Shown here one piece after another: positions 18,636 through 31,486 of a DNA stretch of 64,000 nucleotides. How positions within the stretch are numbered: the stretch's first letter is position 1; every line of letters begins with the position of its first letter. The translations under genes and the position numbers were made by a program. The notes below the pieces were generated by a model, which worked only from the letters and a program-made list of their open reading frames with translations, did no database searches and was not told where the DNA came from. This DNA is from Planctomycetota bacterium. Lineage in GTDB: Bacteria > Planctomycetota > UBA1135 > UBA2386. Location: contig JBKAGP010000001.1 in NCBI GenBank assembly GCA_046290465.1, positions 3,040,001-3,104,000 on the forward strand, read 5' to 3'.

Positions 18636-18751
18636 GGACGGATCTTAGGACGCGATCTCGGCCATTTGGAAGGCCCATTCAGGCCCCTGGGACCCGCGCT
18701 CGCGCCACTCCCTGCCGTCACGGCCCCGGGCATGCCCTGCAGCTCGTTCGC

Positions 18752-20308
18752 TCAGCGCGGCTGCAGGTCGATGACCACCCAGTTGGCGGGATCGTTGGGG
18801 CGGTCCGGATACACCGCGGTCGCTTCGATCGGCCGGCCCGCTGCGACCTCGCGGGCCATCGCCGCGCGCAGGTAGTCCGCGGTCGTTCCCGGCGGCTGGT
18901 CCGCAGCGGCGTCGGCGATCGAGAACGCGACGAAGCGCGCGCGGAACCGTTCGCGGATCAGGCCGATCGGGTCCGGCGCCCTGGCCTGCTTGATCGCCTG
19001 CCAGTCGCGCCACAGCTCCGGGTGGTGCGACCACATGAACACCGGGTCGATCATGCCGGTGAAGCGCGTCATCTGGTCGCGCGTGTACCAGGTCAACGGT
19101 GAGCTGACGCCCCAGTCCGTCACGAACACCAGATCGCCGAGGTCGGCGCGTTCGCGCAGCCACGCGGCGACCGGCTCGAGCTCGCGGATGCGGTTGGCCT
19201 CGGCGCCCTCGGCGGCGGTCGGCACGTGCACGACGAAGCCGAGCGCCGCGACCGCGATCGCCGCCCACCAGCGCAGCCGGTGGCGCCAGCTGACCGCGAC
19301 GTAGAGCAGCAGCAGCGGCGTCGCCAGCTCCATCATGCGGCGGCTGAGCAGCGCCGCCACGATCATGAACATCGTCGGCAGCAGCAGCGGCCAGCGGCGG
19401 CGCGCGCCGGCCGACCACGCGAGCCACGCGCAGACGACGCCGCCGAGCACGAACGTCCACTCGATCGCCAGCAGGTCGCCGAGGCCGAGCGGCAGCAGCT
19501 CGAACGGCCGCACTTCGAGTTCGCCCTGCAGCGCGGCCCACGGCGTGCCGAGGTTGAGGTCGGCCCAGACCCGCAGATTGGCGGGGAAGTCCGGACGCAG
19601 CGTGCCGGAGATCACGACGCCGGCAGCGACCCACAGTCCGTCCCGCCACGGCAGCGAACCGCGGCCGTTGGCGATGCGCGCGCCGAGCGCCGCGAGCGAC
19701 CACAGCACGATCGGCAGCACGACCGCGCCGTGGCAGTAGCCGAACACCGCCGTCACCAGCAGCAGCCACCACGGCCGCACCGCCAGACGATCCTCCGCGC
19801 GCCGCGCGGCGATCGTGACGACCAGCAGCACCAGTGACGTGCTCAGCAGCATCGTGCGCAGCGTGGTGCAGCGGAACATCCAGGTCTGCGACACCGCCGG
19901 CAGCAGCAGGATCCACAGCGGCGACGCGTCGCGGCGCAGCAGCCGCGCACACCCCCACAGCACGAGCCCCTGCAGGCCGACCAGCGACCAGATCAGCGGC
20001 GGCACGGTGGCCTCGTCGAGCGATCGACCGCCGACCAGCGCGACCAGCGCGTCGAAGCCGAGCTGCTGGTCGCCGAAGTGGTGCTCGAGGCCGGTGAACG
20101 AAGCTGACGGCATCGTCTGCGGGAAGCCGTTCTCCGCCCAGGTGCGCGCGATCCACAGCGAACGGAACACGTCGTAGCCGACCGGGTGGGAGCCGGCCGG
20201 CACCAGGTGGACCATCAACGCGACCAGCGCGCCGACGCCGAGGAGCAGCCACAGCCAGGTGGCGGCGGCGCGTCCGGGTGGCACAACGGGCGACGGGGCG
20301 TCGGGCAT
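18752..20308 (-). CDS. Polytopic membrane protein, GT-C-like glycosyltransferase
   Basis: About 10 TM segments; acidic first loop VGYDVF; C-terminal soluble domain VFVTDW...MIDP. Confidence 0.55.
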   Translation of the reverse strand: MPDAPSPVVPPGRAAATWLWLLLGVGALVALMVHLVPAGSHPVGYDVFRSLWIARTWAENGFPQTMPSASFTGLEHHFGDQQLGFDALVALVGGRSLDEATVPPLIWSLVGLQGLVLWGCARLLRRDASPLWILLLPAVSQTWMFRCTTLRTMLLSTSLVLLVVTIAARRAEDRLAVRPWWLLLVTAVFGYCHGAVVLPIVLWSLAALGARIANGRGSLPWRDGLWVAAGVVISGTLRPDFPANLRVWADLNLGTPWAALQGELEVRPFELLPLGLGDLLAIEWTFVLGGVVCAWLAWSAGARRRWPLLLPTMFMIVAALLSRRMMELATPLLLLYVAVSWRHRLRWWAAIAVAALGFVVHVPTAAEGAEANRIRELEPVAAWLRERADLGDLVFVTDWGVSSPLTWYTRDQMTRFTGMIDPVFMWSHHPELWRDWQAIKQARAPDPIGLIRERFRARFVAFSIADAAADQPPGTTADYLRAAMAREVAAGRPIEATAVYPDRPNDPANWVVIDLQPR

Positions 20309-20338
20309 CGTGCGCCGGACTCTACGTCACCGACCGCA

Positions 20339-21901
20339 TCACCACACCACTTCGCGCACGCCGTCCGCGATCCGCACGTCGTCGATCCAGGTGCGCCGCC
20401 CGTGCGAACGCGACACCCGCAGCCGCAGCGGCCCCTGGCCGGCCGGACCGAACACGATGCAGCGACCGCCGGCGTCGGTTTCGGCGCGGTAGACGATCGT
20501 CGCAAAGCGCGTGGCGGGATCCCGCGACCGCATGCGCAGCTGCTGGCCGCGCGCGTCGTCGCAGCGATCGCGGTGGCGGCTGTTGCCCGGAACGACCACC
20601 TCGACGGTGACCCCGGCGCGCGGCTCGCCGGATGCACTGCGCACGTCGACCTGCATCGGTGCCATCCGTTCGAGCCGCACCACGATCGGCTTCATCCGGT
20701 CGCGCCCGAACACGTCGACCGACGTGACCATGCGCCGCGGATCGTCGGGCACGATCGCCAGCCGCGCCTCGCCGCGACGCACCGGCACGCGCACGCGGCC
20801 CTGCTCGTGACGGCCGGCAAGGCGGAGGCGCGTCTGCCGGTGGCTGGCATCGAACGCGTAGCTGCGCACCGCGAACGCCTCGATCGGCGCGCCGTCCTCG
20901 GCCGCGACGACGTCGACCACCACCTCCGGAGAGCGCTCGAGCTCGAGCCGCAGCGCCGAACTCCCCCACCCGAACGGACCGAACTCGGCGTGCCGTTCGC
21001 AGCGAGCCGGATCGACGATGACGATCGGCACGCGGTCGGCGGCGGGCCCCGACCGCAGGATCGTGAACGCGCCGTGCCGGTCCGTCTCCGCCTCCATCGA
21101 CGGGCCGTAGCGGTTGTTCTTCGCGCGCAGCAGCACCCCGGCCACCGGCTCGCCGAGCTCGTCGACGACCACCCCGGTCAGCCGCGGCAACGCCGCCATC
21201 ACGACGTCGATGCGGCGCGGCGCGCCGTCGATCAGCTGGTAGCGCAGCGCATGCGTCGGCCGCATGCCCGGCGCCGACACCCAGACCTGCGCCCGGCCCG
21301 CCGGCACGCGCCCGTCGACCGAGAACGTGCCGTCGGCGGCGACCGTCGCGTCGCAGATGTAGAGCCGTTCGTAGCGCGCCGTCGCGGTCGGCCCGTCGAA
21401 CCGGACGCGGAACGGCGAACGCGGCGCGTCCGGACGCATCGACGGACCGCCTGGGCGCGATCCCTCGACCGTCGCGGTCACGTGCAGCGAGACCTGCCCC
21501 ACCACCGGCCGGCCGCGGCGGTCCCGGAGCGTGCCCGTCACCCGCACCCCGCGGCGCAGCTCCACATCGAGCCGACCGCTCGCACCGAGCGCCGCCGCAG
21601 ACGCCTCGAACTCCTTGCTGCGACGGCCATCGCAGGTCACCCGCACGCAGACGGTGGCGCCATCGGGCGGGGCCAGCGACAGCTCGAAGGCGCCGAGGCT
21701 CGTTGTCGTTACGGGCTCCGGACGGTGCCCCGACTCGAGCGGCCGGCCGTTGTGTCGGTATGCGACCGTGACGGTCGCCCGGGCGAGCCCGACGCCCGAC
21801 TCCGCAGCGACGCAACGGCCTGTGATCCGACAGGTTGGGTCCTGCGCCCGAGCGCTGGAGGCGGCTGGCTGCAGCGCCAGCGCGATCGCGGTCGGGAGCA
21901 T
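20339..21901 (-). CDS. Secreted carboxypeptidase-regulatory-like domain repeat protein
   Basis: Signal peptide; repeats ITGRCV, VTGTLRDRRGRPV, LTGVVVDELGEPVAG, TDRHGAF. Confidence 0.7.
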   Translation of the reverse strand: MLPTAIALALQPAASSARAQDPTCRITGRCVAAESGVGLARATVTVAYRHNGRPLESGHRPEPVTTTSLGAFELSLAPPDGATVCVRVTCDGRRSKEFEASAAALGASGRLDVELRRGVRVTGTLRDRRGRPVVGQVSLHVTATVEGSRPGGPSMRPDAPRSPFRVRFDGPTATARYERLYICDATVAADGTFSVDGRVPAGRAQVWVSAPGMRPTHALRYQLIDGAPRRIDVVMAALPRLTGVVVDELGEPVAGVLLRAKNNRYGPSMEAETDRHGAFTILRSGPAADRVPIVIVDPARCERHAEFGPFGWGSSALRLELERSPEVVVDVVAAEDGAPIEAFAVRSYAFDASHRQTRLRLAGRHEQGRVRVPVRRGEARLAIVPDDPRRMVTSVDVFGRDRMKPIVVRLERMAPMQVDVRSASGEPRAGVTVEVVVPGNSRHRDRCDDARGQQLRMRSRDPATRFATIVYRAETDAGGRCIVFGPAGQGPLRLRVSRSHGRRTWIDDVRIADGVREVVW

Positions 21902-21991
21902 CCAGGAACGGCAGTGCGCGAACACACCGCCGGTCTGGCAACAACCGCTCCGGCCGAGCTGGCCATTCAGGACATCTTGCAGAGTTCTTGA

Positions 21992-24409
<2,418 letters not shown>

Positions 24410-24440
24410 TCCGGCGGCAGGGCCGCACTACAGTGGGTTC

Positions 24441-25277
24441 ATGCGCTTCGGCATGAACCTGCTGTTGTGGACCACCCACGTCACCCCCGAGCACGAACGC
24501 ACGCTCGCCTTCGTCAAGGAGTGCGGCTTCGACGGCGTCGAGATCCCGCTGTTCGACGGCGATCCCGACCACTACGCGCAGCTCGGCAAGCTGTGCGATG
24601 CGCTCGGCCTGCAGCGCACCTGCTCGACCGGGCTCGCGCCGGAGCACGACCCGATCCACGACGATCCGGCGGTGCGCGCAGCGGCGCTCGAACGGCTGCG
24701 CTGGGCGATCGACTGCACCGAGGCGGCCGGCGGCGACGTGCTGTGCGGCCCGCTGCACTCGGCGTTCAAGGTGTTCCGCGATCGCGGCCCCAACGACGAC
24801 GAGGTGCAGCGCAGCGCCGACGTGCTGCGGCAGGCGGCCGAACACGCGCAGCCGGCCGGCGTGCTGCTGGCCCCCGAGGCGCTCAACCGCTTCGAGTGCT
24901 ACCTGCTCAACACCGCCGCGCAGATGCGGCAGCTGGTCGAGCGCGTCGACCACCCCCACCTGAAGGCGCACTACGACACGCACCACATGCACCTCGAGGA
25001 GCCGGACGCCGGCGCCGCGGTCGCGCACACCGCACCGGTGCTCGGCCACGTGCACTGCAGCGAGAACGACCGCGGCGTGCCCGGCCGCGGCCAGGTCGAC
25101 TGGCAGGGAACGTTCGCCGCGCTGCGCGCCGCCGGCTACGACGGCTGGTGCGTGATCGAGGCGTTCTCCCGCCTCGACCCCGCGTTCGCCGCCGGCATCC
25201 ACGTCTGGCGCGACTACTTCCACGCGCCCGAGGACGTCTGCACCGAAGGCCTCGCATTCGTGCGCGCCGCACTCCAG
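24441..25277 (+). CDS. Sugar phosphate isomerase/epimerase (D-tagatose/psicose 3-epimerase-like); homologous part only, no stop until 27317
   Basis: GFDGVEIP, EALNRFECYLLN, YDTHHMH, HVHCSENDRGVPG, IEAF. Confidence 0.85.
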
Positions 25278-25352
25278 AAGCTCGGACGGCGGTCGCTCCA
25301 ACTGCGGCGCCCTGCGCCGCGAACGTTGGAGGATGGACCGCGTACCGTACCG

Positions 25353-27233
25353 CTACTTTCGGAAGGTGCCGAGCAGGCGTTCGACCTTGGCGGGGTCGAA
25401 GTTCTTGCCGGGCTTGCCCGACTGGTTGGCCTGCAGCGCCTTCAGGTCGGGGGTCTCCGACGGCACCCCGCCTTCGGGAACGTCGACGTCGGCACACCAG
25501 GCGATCGCGTTGAGCACCACGGTGCGGAAGTCACGGTGGCCCCAGTTCCAGTGCACGTGCCCGCCGGTGAAGCCGAACGAGCGGCCGCCGTCGGGACGCT
25601 GGAACGCCCAGCCGACGTGCTGCGGGACCGCGTTGGCGACGTCCTCGCGCACCGCCGGGTTGCCGCTGTGCGGACCGTCCTTGCGCCGCATCGTCGACTC
25701 GGGCGCGACCGCCGACAGGATCGGCGTCACCCCCTGCATGCCCTTCTGGAAGCGCATGTGGAAGTACCACTCGTCGTGGATCGCGAACGGCTGCACGCCG
25801 CGACCGATCGGGTGCTCGGGGATCGCCGTGAACTCGGCGGTCCAGTGCGGATTGACCGACCAGTGGGTCTCGAAGTAACCGCCGAGCCAGTCGACGAAGC
25901 GGTCGCCCGGCCTGCCCTTCGGCACCTCGACGGCGTAGTGGATGCAGACCAGCGACAGGCCGCGCGCCATCTGCGGCGCGAGTTCCTCCATGTGCCGCAG
26001 GAACGGGTGGCGGCCGCCGCCGTCCGCGAAGCAGACCAGCACGTCGGCACGTTCGATCGCCTGCTCGTCCTTCGGCCACTGCACGTGCACCTCGGTCTCG
26101 ATCGGCAGCCCGCTGGAGCGGATCGCGTCGGCGAGCAGCATGCAGCCGGCGCGGTGTTCGTGCGCCGCGTAGCCGTGGCTCGGGCCGCCCGACACGAACA
26201 CCACCCGGCGCGTGCGCTGCGGGTCGTTCTCGACCACCCAGACGTTGCGGTAGGCGACCGGGTTGCCGTGGTTCTGCAGGTAGAGGCCGCCGGCCGAGTC
26301 CGACTCCTTGCGCTTCGCGGCGGCCGTCACGTTCGGCAGCGCGACGTCGTCGTGCACCAGGATGCCGTTGAGGTGCACGGTCATGCGCGCGTCGCGCTTC
26401 TTGACCAGCCCGCTCCAGCGCGCCGCGGTGAACGTGATGTCGTAGGTCTGCCAGGTCCCGGGCGGCAGGCACGCGTTGACGATCGGCTCGGCGATCGAGT
26501 AGATGCCGCCGCACTCGTTCTGCTTGCCGTCGAGGCCGAACGAATCGAGCACCTGGCACTCGTAGCGCCCCTGCACGTAGACGCCGCTGTTGCCGCGACC
26601 CTGGCCGCGCGCCTCCGGCTGGAACGGCGTGCGGAACTCGAGGTGGATATGGTGGTCACCGAAGCGCTGCCTGGAGTCGCAACCGACGCCGAGCAGGCCA
26701 CCCTCGAGCAGGCGGCCACCCTCGAACGCATCGGCCGAAGAACCGTCGAACAGCACCACCGCACCCGCGGGCGGCGTCGCGCCGAGCGTGGGGCTCCGGC
26801 GCGCGACCTTCTTCAGCCGGCCGGTCTCCTCGCCCTCCTTGCCGGCGAACACCAGTTCGCCGTCGACGAGCTTCGCCGACAGCTTGCCCTTGGTGAACTC
26901 CGCGATGCCGTCGACCAGCGGTGCCTCGAAGGTCCGCCGCGGCTCGCCGCGCCGCCACCCCGCACCGGGCAGGCCGCCGAGGTGGAGCACCATCTGCAGG
27001 CGTGGGTTGCCGCCGTCCTGGTCGCACAGCGCCACCAGCTGCGCGCCGAGCGGCTGCGGCCCGGAGCGGCTCGGGTCGACGATGTCGACCTCACCGACGT
27101 ATTCGCCCTGCGCCTGCAGCAGCTGGTCCGTCGAGTCTCGACCAGTCGCGTGCTGGTCCTTCGGGCTTTGGGCGGACGCGCCGACGCACAGCAGCAACGC
27201 CAGCGCCGACGAGAGGAACGAGGTGCGGCTCAT
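25353..27233 (-). CDS. Secreted DUF1080 (3-keto-glycoside hydrolase-like) + ThuA-like fusion
   Basis: Signal peptide; AVVLFDG, GNSGVYVQGRYECQVLDS, WQTYDI, LQNHGNPVAYRNVWV; then GGPSHGYAAHEH, DEWY, GRSFGFTGGHVHWNW. Confidence 0.88.
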   Translation of the reverse strand: MSRTSFLSSALALLLCVGASAQSPKDQHATGRDSTDQLLQAQGEYVGEVDIVDPSRSGPQPLGAQLVALCDQDGGNPRLQMVLHLGGLPGAGWRRGEPRRTFEAPLVDGIAEFTKGKLSAKLVDGELVFAGKEGEETGRLKKVARRSPTLGATPPAGAVVLFDGSSADAFEGGRLLEGGLLGVGCDSRQRFGDHHIHLEFRTPFQPEARGQGRGNSGVYVQGRYECQVLDSFGLDGKQNECGGIYSIAEPIVNACLPPGTWQTYDITFTAARWSGLVKKRDARMTVHLNGILVHDDVALPNVTAAAKRKESDSAGGLYLQNHGNPVAYRNVWVVENDPQRTRRVVFVSGGPSHGYAAHEHRAGCMLLADAIRSSGLPIETEVHVQWPKDEQAIERADVLVCFADGGGRHPFLRHMEELAPQMARGLSLVCIHYAVEVPKGRPGDRFVDWLGGYFETHWSVNPHWTAEFTAIPEHPIGRGVQPFAIHDEWYFHMRFQKGMQGVTPILSAVAPESTMRRKDGPHSGNPAVREDVANAVPQHVGWAFQRPDGGRSFGFTGGHVHWNWGHRDFRTVVLNAIAWCADVDVPEGGVPSETPDLKALQANQSGKPGKNFDPAKVERLLGTFRK

Positions 27234-27280
27234 GCGGCGATTAGACCGGCGAGCGGGCCACGCGACCAGCCGCCGGCCGA

Positions 27281-27832
27281 CTACGGGGTCGACGGCCGCG
27301 GATCCGACAGGTCGTAGAGGGTGTCGCCGTCGAGGTACGGGGTCAGCCGTGCGCCGCGGCGCAGCCGGTCCTCGGCGTCGGGGCCGACGTGGTAGGACTG
27401 GATGCTGCGAGCCACCCGGTGCACCTCGTCGACCAGCACCTCGCGCGCCTGCGCCGCCAGCTGCTCGCCGGGCACGAGCGGGACCTCGCCGGCGATCACC
27501 GCGAGCGAGCCGAACGCACCACCGGGGCGGACCACGAAGCCGGTGGGATTGCCCAGGCGGTCGACGATCCGGCGCTCGCCGTGCGCCCGTCGCTCGGCGA
27601 CGCGCGCCACCGGCTCGACGTCGCTCGGCAGCACCAGCCACTGCGGGTTGCTCGACGGGTCGCCGGTCGGCGCGACGCCGAAGTCGTCGACGTCGGCGAT
27701 GCTCGACCAGCTGGTCGGCTCGCCTTCGACGGCACCGACGCGCACGTAGCGCACCGGCAGCTGCCGTTCGAACGCGGCGGTGACCCGCAGCCAGTCCGCC
27801 CGCGTCAGGTAGACGTGCAGCGCGCCGCTCAT
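27281..27832 (-). CDS. Hypothetical protein
   Basis: ATGA overlap with the upstream gene; normal codon usage; no family recognised. Confidence 0.65.
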   Translation of the reverse strand: MSGALHVYLTRADWLRVTAAFERQLPVRYVRVGAVEGEPTSWSSIADVDDFGVAPTGDPSSNPQWLVLPSDVEPVARVAERRAHGERRIVDRLGNPTGFVVRPGGAFGSLAVIAGEVPLVPGEQLAAQAREVLVDEVHRVARSIQSYHVGPDAEDRLRRGARLTPYLDGDTLYDLSDPRPSTP

Positions 27833-29337
27833 CGCGTCTTCGACAGCGTGTAGTAGACCTTGGTGCCGAGCAGCGGCCGACCGCTGCGCGATCGGACCTT
27901 GCCGAGGTCGATCGTGTCGACGTGGCCCGGCCGCAGCTTCGCCCCCGACAGGAAGACGTTGGTGGCCGCCGCGTCGGGCCCCGGCTCACCGGTCGGCACC
28001 GGCCGTTCGTCGACCTTCGGGGAGCCGTAGGCCTTGTGGTAGTGGTAGCGGTGCTCGCGCAGCGTGATGCCGTCGATGCTGTTGACGTCGACCGGCTCGG
28101 TGAAGTGCAGCCGGAAGCCGTTGCGGACCGTCTCGACCTCGTCGACCGCGAACATGCCGGCGGCCTCGCCCTTCCAGCGCACGCGCACCAGCCCTTCGGC
28201 GCCGGCCCACGACAGGTGGGTCTTGCCGATCCACAGCGAGCCATCGGGCGTGAATGTCATCCGGTGGTTGCCGGCGCCGAGCGCCTCGCTGTCGAAGAAC
28301 GGCACCGCGGCCCCCTGGGACACGTCCCCGATGCAGTCCGGCAGCAGACGCACCAGCGACTTCTGGTTCATCTCGCCGATCAGCGTCTGGCCGGCGAGCG
28401 GACCGAACACCCCGGCCGGGATCGCGATCGGCTGCGTCGGCGAGTTGGCCAGCTCGCCCTGCGGCAGCAGCGCCATCGCCGGCGTGCGCAGCGCGTCGAG
28501 CTCGGCGACCGGGACCTGCAGCGGGTCGCGGTCCCAGCCTTCGCGCCAGACCAGCGACGCCGGGTGGCCACAGAACCGCCCCGCGCGAACGTGGTGCACC
28601 TTGCTGGTGCCGAGCCAGTCGCCCTGGTTGTCGGTCACCAGCAGGCGGCCGTCGGCATCGAAGCCGATGCCGTCGGGAGAACGGAAGCCGCACGCGAACG
28701 GCTGCGCGTCGCTGCCGTCCGGCGACAGCCGCACGACCCAGCCGCGCCACCTGACGCGCGAATACATGCGACCGGCGGCGCCCTTGACCTTGCCCCACTC
28801 CTTGCCGCGCACGGCCATGCGCGCCCGTTCGACGCCGATCTCGCTCCACTCGCCGCGGATCTCGTCGCGGATGCCGGCGCCGTTCGACGCGGTGTTGAGC
28901 GCGACGTACAGGTTGCCTTCGGCGTCGCGCGCGGGGCCGAACGCGAACTCGTGGTAGTTGCCGGTCATGCCGAAGCCGTCGAAGACGGTCTCGTACTCGT
29001 CGGCGACGCCGTCGCCGTCGGTGTCGCGCAGCCGCGTCAGTTCGCAGCGCTGCATCACCAGCATGCTGGACTCGCTCTCGACCAGCAGCCCGAGCGGCTC
29101 GTGCAGCCCTTCCCCGAACTGCGCCCACGCGCCGTTCTTCGGGTCGTAGGTGAACACCTCGCCGCGGTGGAAGCACATCGCCAGCTTGCCCGACGGCGTC
29201 GCGTCGAGGCCGCCGATCTGCGGATCGACGCCCGGCGGCAGCTCGATCCGCTCGATGTCGAAGGCCTCGGTCCAGCGGTCCTGCTGGCAGACGAGCGGCG
29301 CGAGCAGCGCGCCGAGCACGATCGCTGCGCGCATCAT
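27829..29337 (-). CDS. Secreted glucose/sorbosone-dehydrogenase-like beta-propeller (PVC-type)
   Basis: GLHEPLGL, RLRDTDGDGVADEYE, GNYHEFAFG, GFRSPDG, DNQGDW. Confidence 0.8.
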   Translation of the reverse strand: MMRAAIVLGALLAPLVCQQDRWTEAFDIERIELPPGVDPQIGGLDATPSGKLAMCFHRGEVFTYDPKNGAWAQFGEGLHEPLGLLVESESSMLVMQRCELTRLRDTDGDGVADEYETVFDGFGMTGNYHEFAFGPARDAEGNLYVALNTASNGAGIRDEIRGEWSEIGVERARMAVRGKEWGKVKGAAGRMYSRVRWRGWVVRLSPDGSDAQPFACGFRSPDGIGFDADGRLLVTDNQGDWLGTSKVHHVRAGRFCGHPASLVWREGWDRDPLQVPVAELDALRTPAMALLPQGELANSPTQPIAIPAGVFGPLAGQTLIGEMNQKSLVRLLPDCIGDVSQGAAVPFFDSEALGAGNHRMTFTPDGSLWIGKTHLSWAGAEGLVRVRWKGEAAGMFAVDEVETVRNGFRLHFTEPVDVNSIDGITLREHRYHYHKAYGSPKVDERPVPTGEPGPDAAATNVFLSGAKLRPGHVDTIDLGKVRSRSGRPLLGTKVYYTLSKTR

Positions 29338-30239
29338 TCCTTCTCCTCCATGACGATCGTGAACGACGCGGCCTTGGCCTTGCTCGGCGTGAACACCAGC
29401 CCGTCGAAGGTGCCGTCCTCGCTGGTGTAGGTCATCTTGTCGGATGCGGTCAGCGTCAGCCGGAAGCCGGCCGGCGCCCCCTCGAGCGTGAACTGCCGCG
29501 CCAGCCCCCATCCGTCGAGCAACGGCGTGATGCGCTCCTCGACCAGCACCTTGCCCAGGCGGTAGCGGAACGTCGGCAGGCCGTCCTTCATCCGGTAGCC
29601 GAGGAAGCGCGGCCGGGTGCCCTGCTTGCGCGGCAGCGGCGAGGCCCGTTCGCGCAGCACGACGTCCCCGACGACCTTGGCGAGCGCGTTGCCGTTGGCA
29701 CGCCAGACCGGCCAACCGTCGATGAAGTCGCCCTTCCAGACGTAGCGCAGCCGGCACGGTCCGGCGTCCCAGCAGTAGTGCCACTCGTCGTTGGTCGCAA
29801 CCGCGATCGCGGCCGGGCCGGCGCCCGGCATGAAGATGCGCTGCACCAGCGGCCGACGCCGCATCGACGGCGACGCGCGGAAGCGGTCGCCGCCCTTGAC
29901 CTTCACCTCCTTCTTGCCCTTGGTGCTCGACACGATCCACGCATGGATCTTGCGCAGGTTCGCCTTGTCGACGTGCGCCATCGACGGCATCTGGATGACG
30001 CCCTTGCGCTTCTGCTGCGGCTCGTGGCACCAGGCGACGAACTCGTCGGGCTTGCTGCCGTAGAGCTTGCCGACCTCGATCAGCGACGGGCCGACGTGGA
30101 AGCGATCCGGCAGGTGGCACGAGGCGCAGAAGACCTTGTAGAGGTCCTGGCCCTGCTGGGCGCACAGCGCCGTCGACACCAGGCCGGTCGGCAGCAGCAG
30201 GACGAACGCGAACAGAAGGCGCGAGATGGGATGGTACAT
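29334..30239 (-). CDS. Secreted c-type cytochrome domain protein
   Basis: Signal peptide; CASCH heme motif, VGPSL, distal MPSM. Confidence 0.85.
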   Translation of the reverse strand: MYHPISRLLFAFVLLLPTGLVSTALCAQQGQDLYKVFCASCHLPDRFHVGPSLIEVGKLYGSKPDEFVAWCHEPQQKRKGVIQMPSMAHVDKANLRKIHAWIVSSTKGKKEVKVKGGDRFRASPSMRRRPLVQRIFMPGAGPAAIAVATNDEWHYCWDAGPCRLRYVWKGDFIDGWPVWRANGNALAKVVGDVVLRERASPLPRKQGTRPRFLGYRMKDGLPTFRYRLGKVLVEERITPLLDGWGLARQFTLEGAPAGFRLTLTASDKMTYTSEDGTFDGLVFTPSKAKAASFTIVMEEKE

Positions 30240-30286
30240 GGGCGATCGGGAGGGCGTGCAGACGATCGAGCGCCGCGCGCCGACCG

Positions 30287-31471
30287 TCAACCGGCGTTCG
30301 CAGAACCCGACGGACCCGATGCGCGCAGTTCGTGGGCGCGTGCCGCGACGTCGACGATCCACGGCTGGCGGCCGGCGTCGACCAGCACGACCTGCTCGGC
30401 GAGATTGACCGTCGGACAGACGTGGCGCGGCACCAGCAGCAGTTCGGTGCCGCGCGCGGGCCGCTCGCCGCTGCAGCGCATCGGCAGGTGCTCCTCGCTC
30501 GGAGCCATCGCCGCGAGCCCGCCTCGCCCCAGCACGAACGCACACGGATCGCCGGCTTCGGCCGCGACCGACTTGGAGCCGGCATCGCACGTCGCGATGT
30601 CGCTGGCCGGGTGGCTGATCACCCGGGTCAGCACCAGCGCCGCCGGCACCAACGACACGTCGGGGTTCTCGAGCTCGCTGCGCGCGTCGTGGAACACGAC
30701 CGTGCCCGGGCTGACGCGGTGCACGAACGGCACGTGCGCGAAGCCCTCGAACCCGAGGGCATGGTGGAACGCGGGCGTGCCCGCGGTCACGACCTCGGCG
30801 ACGCTCACGCCCTGCACGTCGAGGCCGGCGACGATCTCGAGCAGCTGCCGGTAGCCGTCGAAGATCCGTTGCCGCCGCTGCGCGAGGTCGGGCTCGTGCA
30901 GGTGGCCGTCGTAGAAGTGCAGCCCGCGGAACCGTTCGGCCGCGCCGCGCGCGATCGCGAGCACCTGGTCGAACGCGCCGATCGGCACCCCGGTGCGGTT
31001 CATGCCCGGGTTGACGTCGACGAACACGCCGAGCTGCGCCGGCAGTTCGACGACCAGCGACGGATCCTCGACCAGCACCGACAGGTTGGCGTGCGTCGCC
31101 GCCGCTGCGATCTCGCCGAGGCGATGCAGCGACGGGCCGCGGTGCGGGTACGCGACCAGCAGGTCGATCTGCTCGCCGGCACGCGCCGCGACGTCGGCCA
31201 TCACCGCCGCCTCGCGGGTCGTCGCGCACTTGAACTGCCGCACGCCGGCGCGCAGCAGTTCGCGCCAGACCTCCGGGATCTTGGTCGTCTTCAGGTGCGG
31301 CCGCCAGCGGTCGACGCTGCCGCAGTAGTCGATCATGCGCTGCAGGTTCTCACGCACCCGCTCGAGGTAGACGACCAGCGTCGGCGTCTGCAGGTCGTCC
31401 AGCAGGTCGCGCGGCAGCTCGTAGGCGGTCGTCGCGCGCTGCGCGAACGGGTTGGCGAGGTCTTCGGACAT
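30287..31471 (-). CDS. Fold-type III PLP enzyme (D-threonine aldolase / D-serine dehydratase-like)
   Basis: WRPHLKTTK, GMNRTG, YDGH, AGTP, SEEH, HVCPTVNL. Confidence 0.88.
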   Translation of the reverse strand: MSEDLANPFAQRATTAYELPRDLLDDLQTPTLVVYLERVRENLQRMIDYCGSVDRWRPHLKTTKIPEVWRELLRAGVRQFKCATTREAAVMADVAARAGEQIDLLVAYPHRGPSLHRLGEIAAAATHANLSVLVEDPSLVVELPAQLGVFVDVNPGMNRTGVPIGAFDQVLAIARGAAERFRGLHFYDGHLHEPDLAQRRQRIFDGYRQLLEIVAGLDVQGVSVAEVVTAGTPAFHHALGFEGFAHVPFVHRVSPGTVVFHDARSELENPDVSLVPAALVLTRVISHPASDIATCDAGSKSVAAEAGDPCAFVLGRGGLAAMAPSEEHLPMRCSGERPARGTELLLVPRHVCPTVNLAEQVVLVDAGRQPWIVDVAARAHELRASGPSGSANAG

Positions 31472-31486
31472 GACCGGATTGCAGCG

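Noticed and set aside
24441..27317. 958-aa epimerase fusion protein
   Set aside because: Sequence after about aa 278 is the antisense of the DUF1080-ThuA gene, not a domain; treated as stop-loss.
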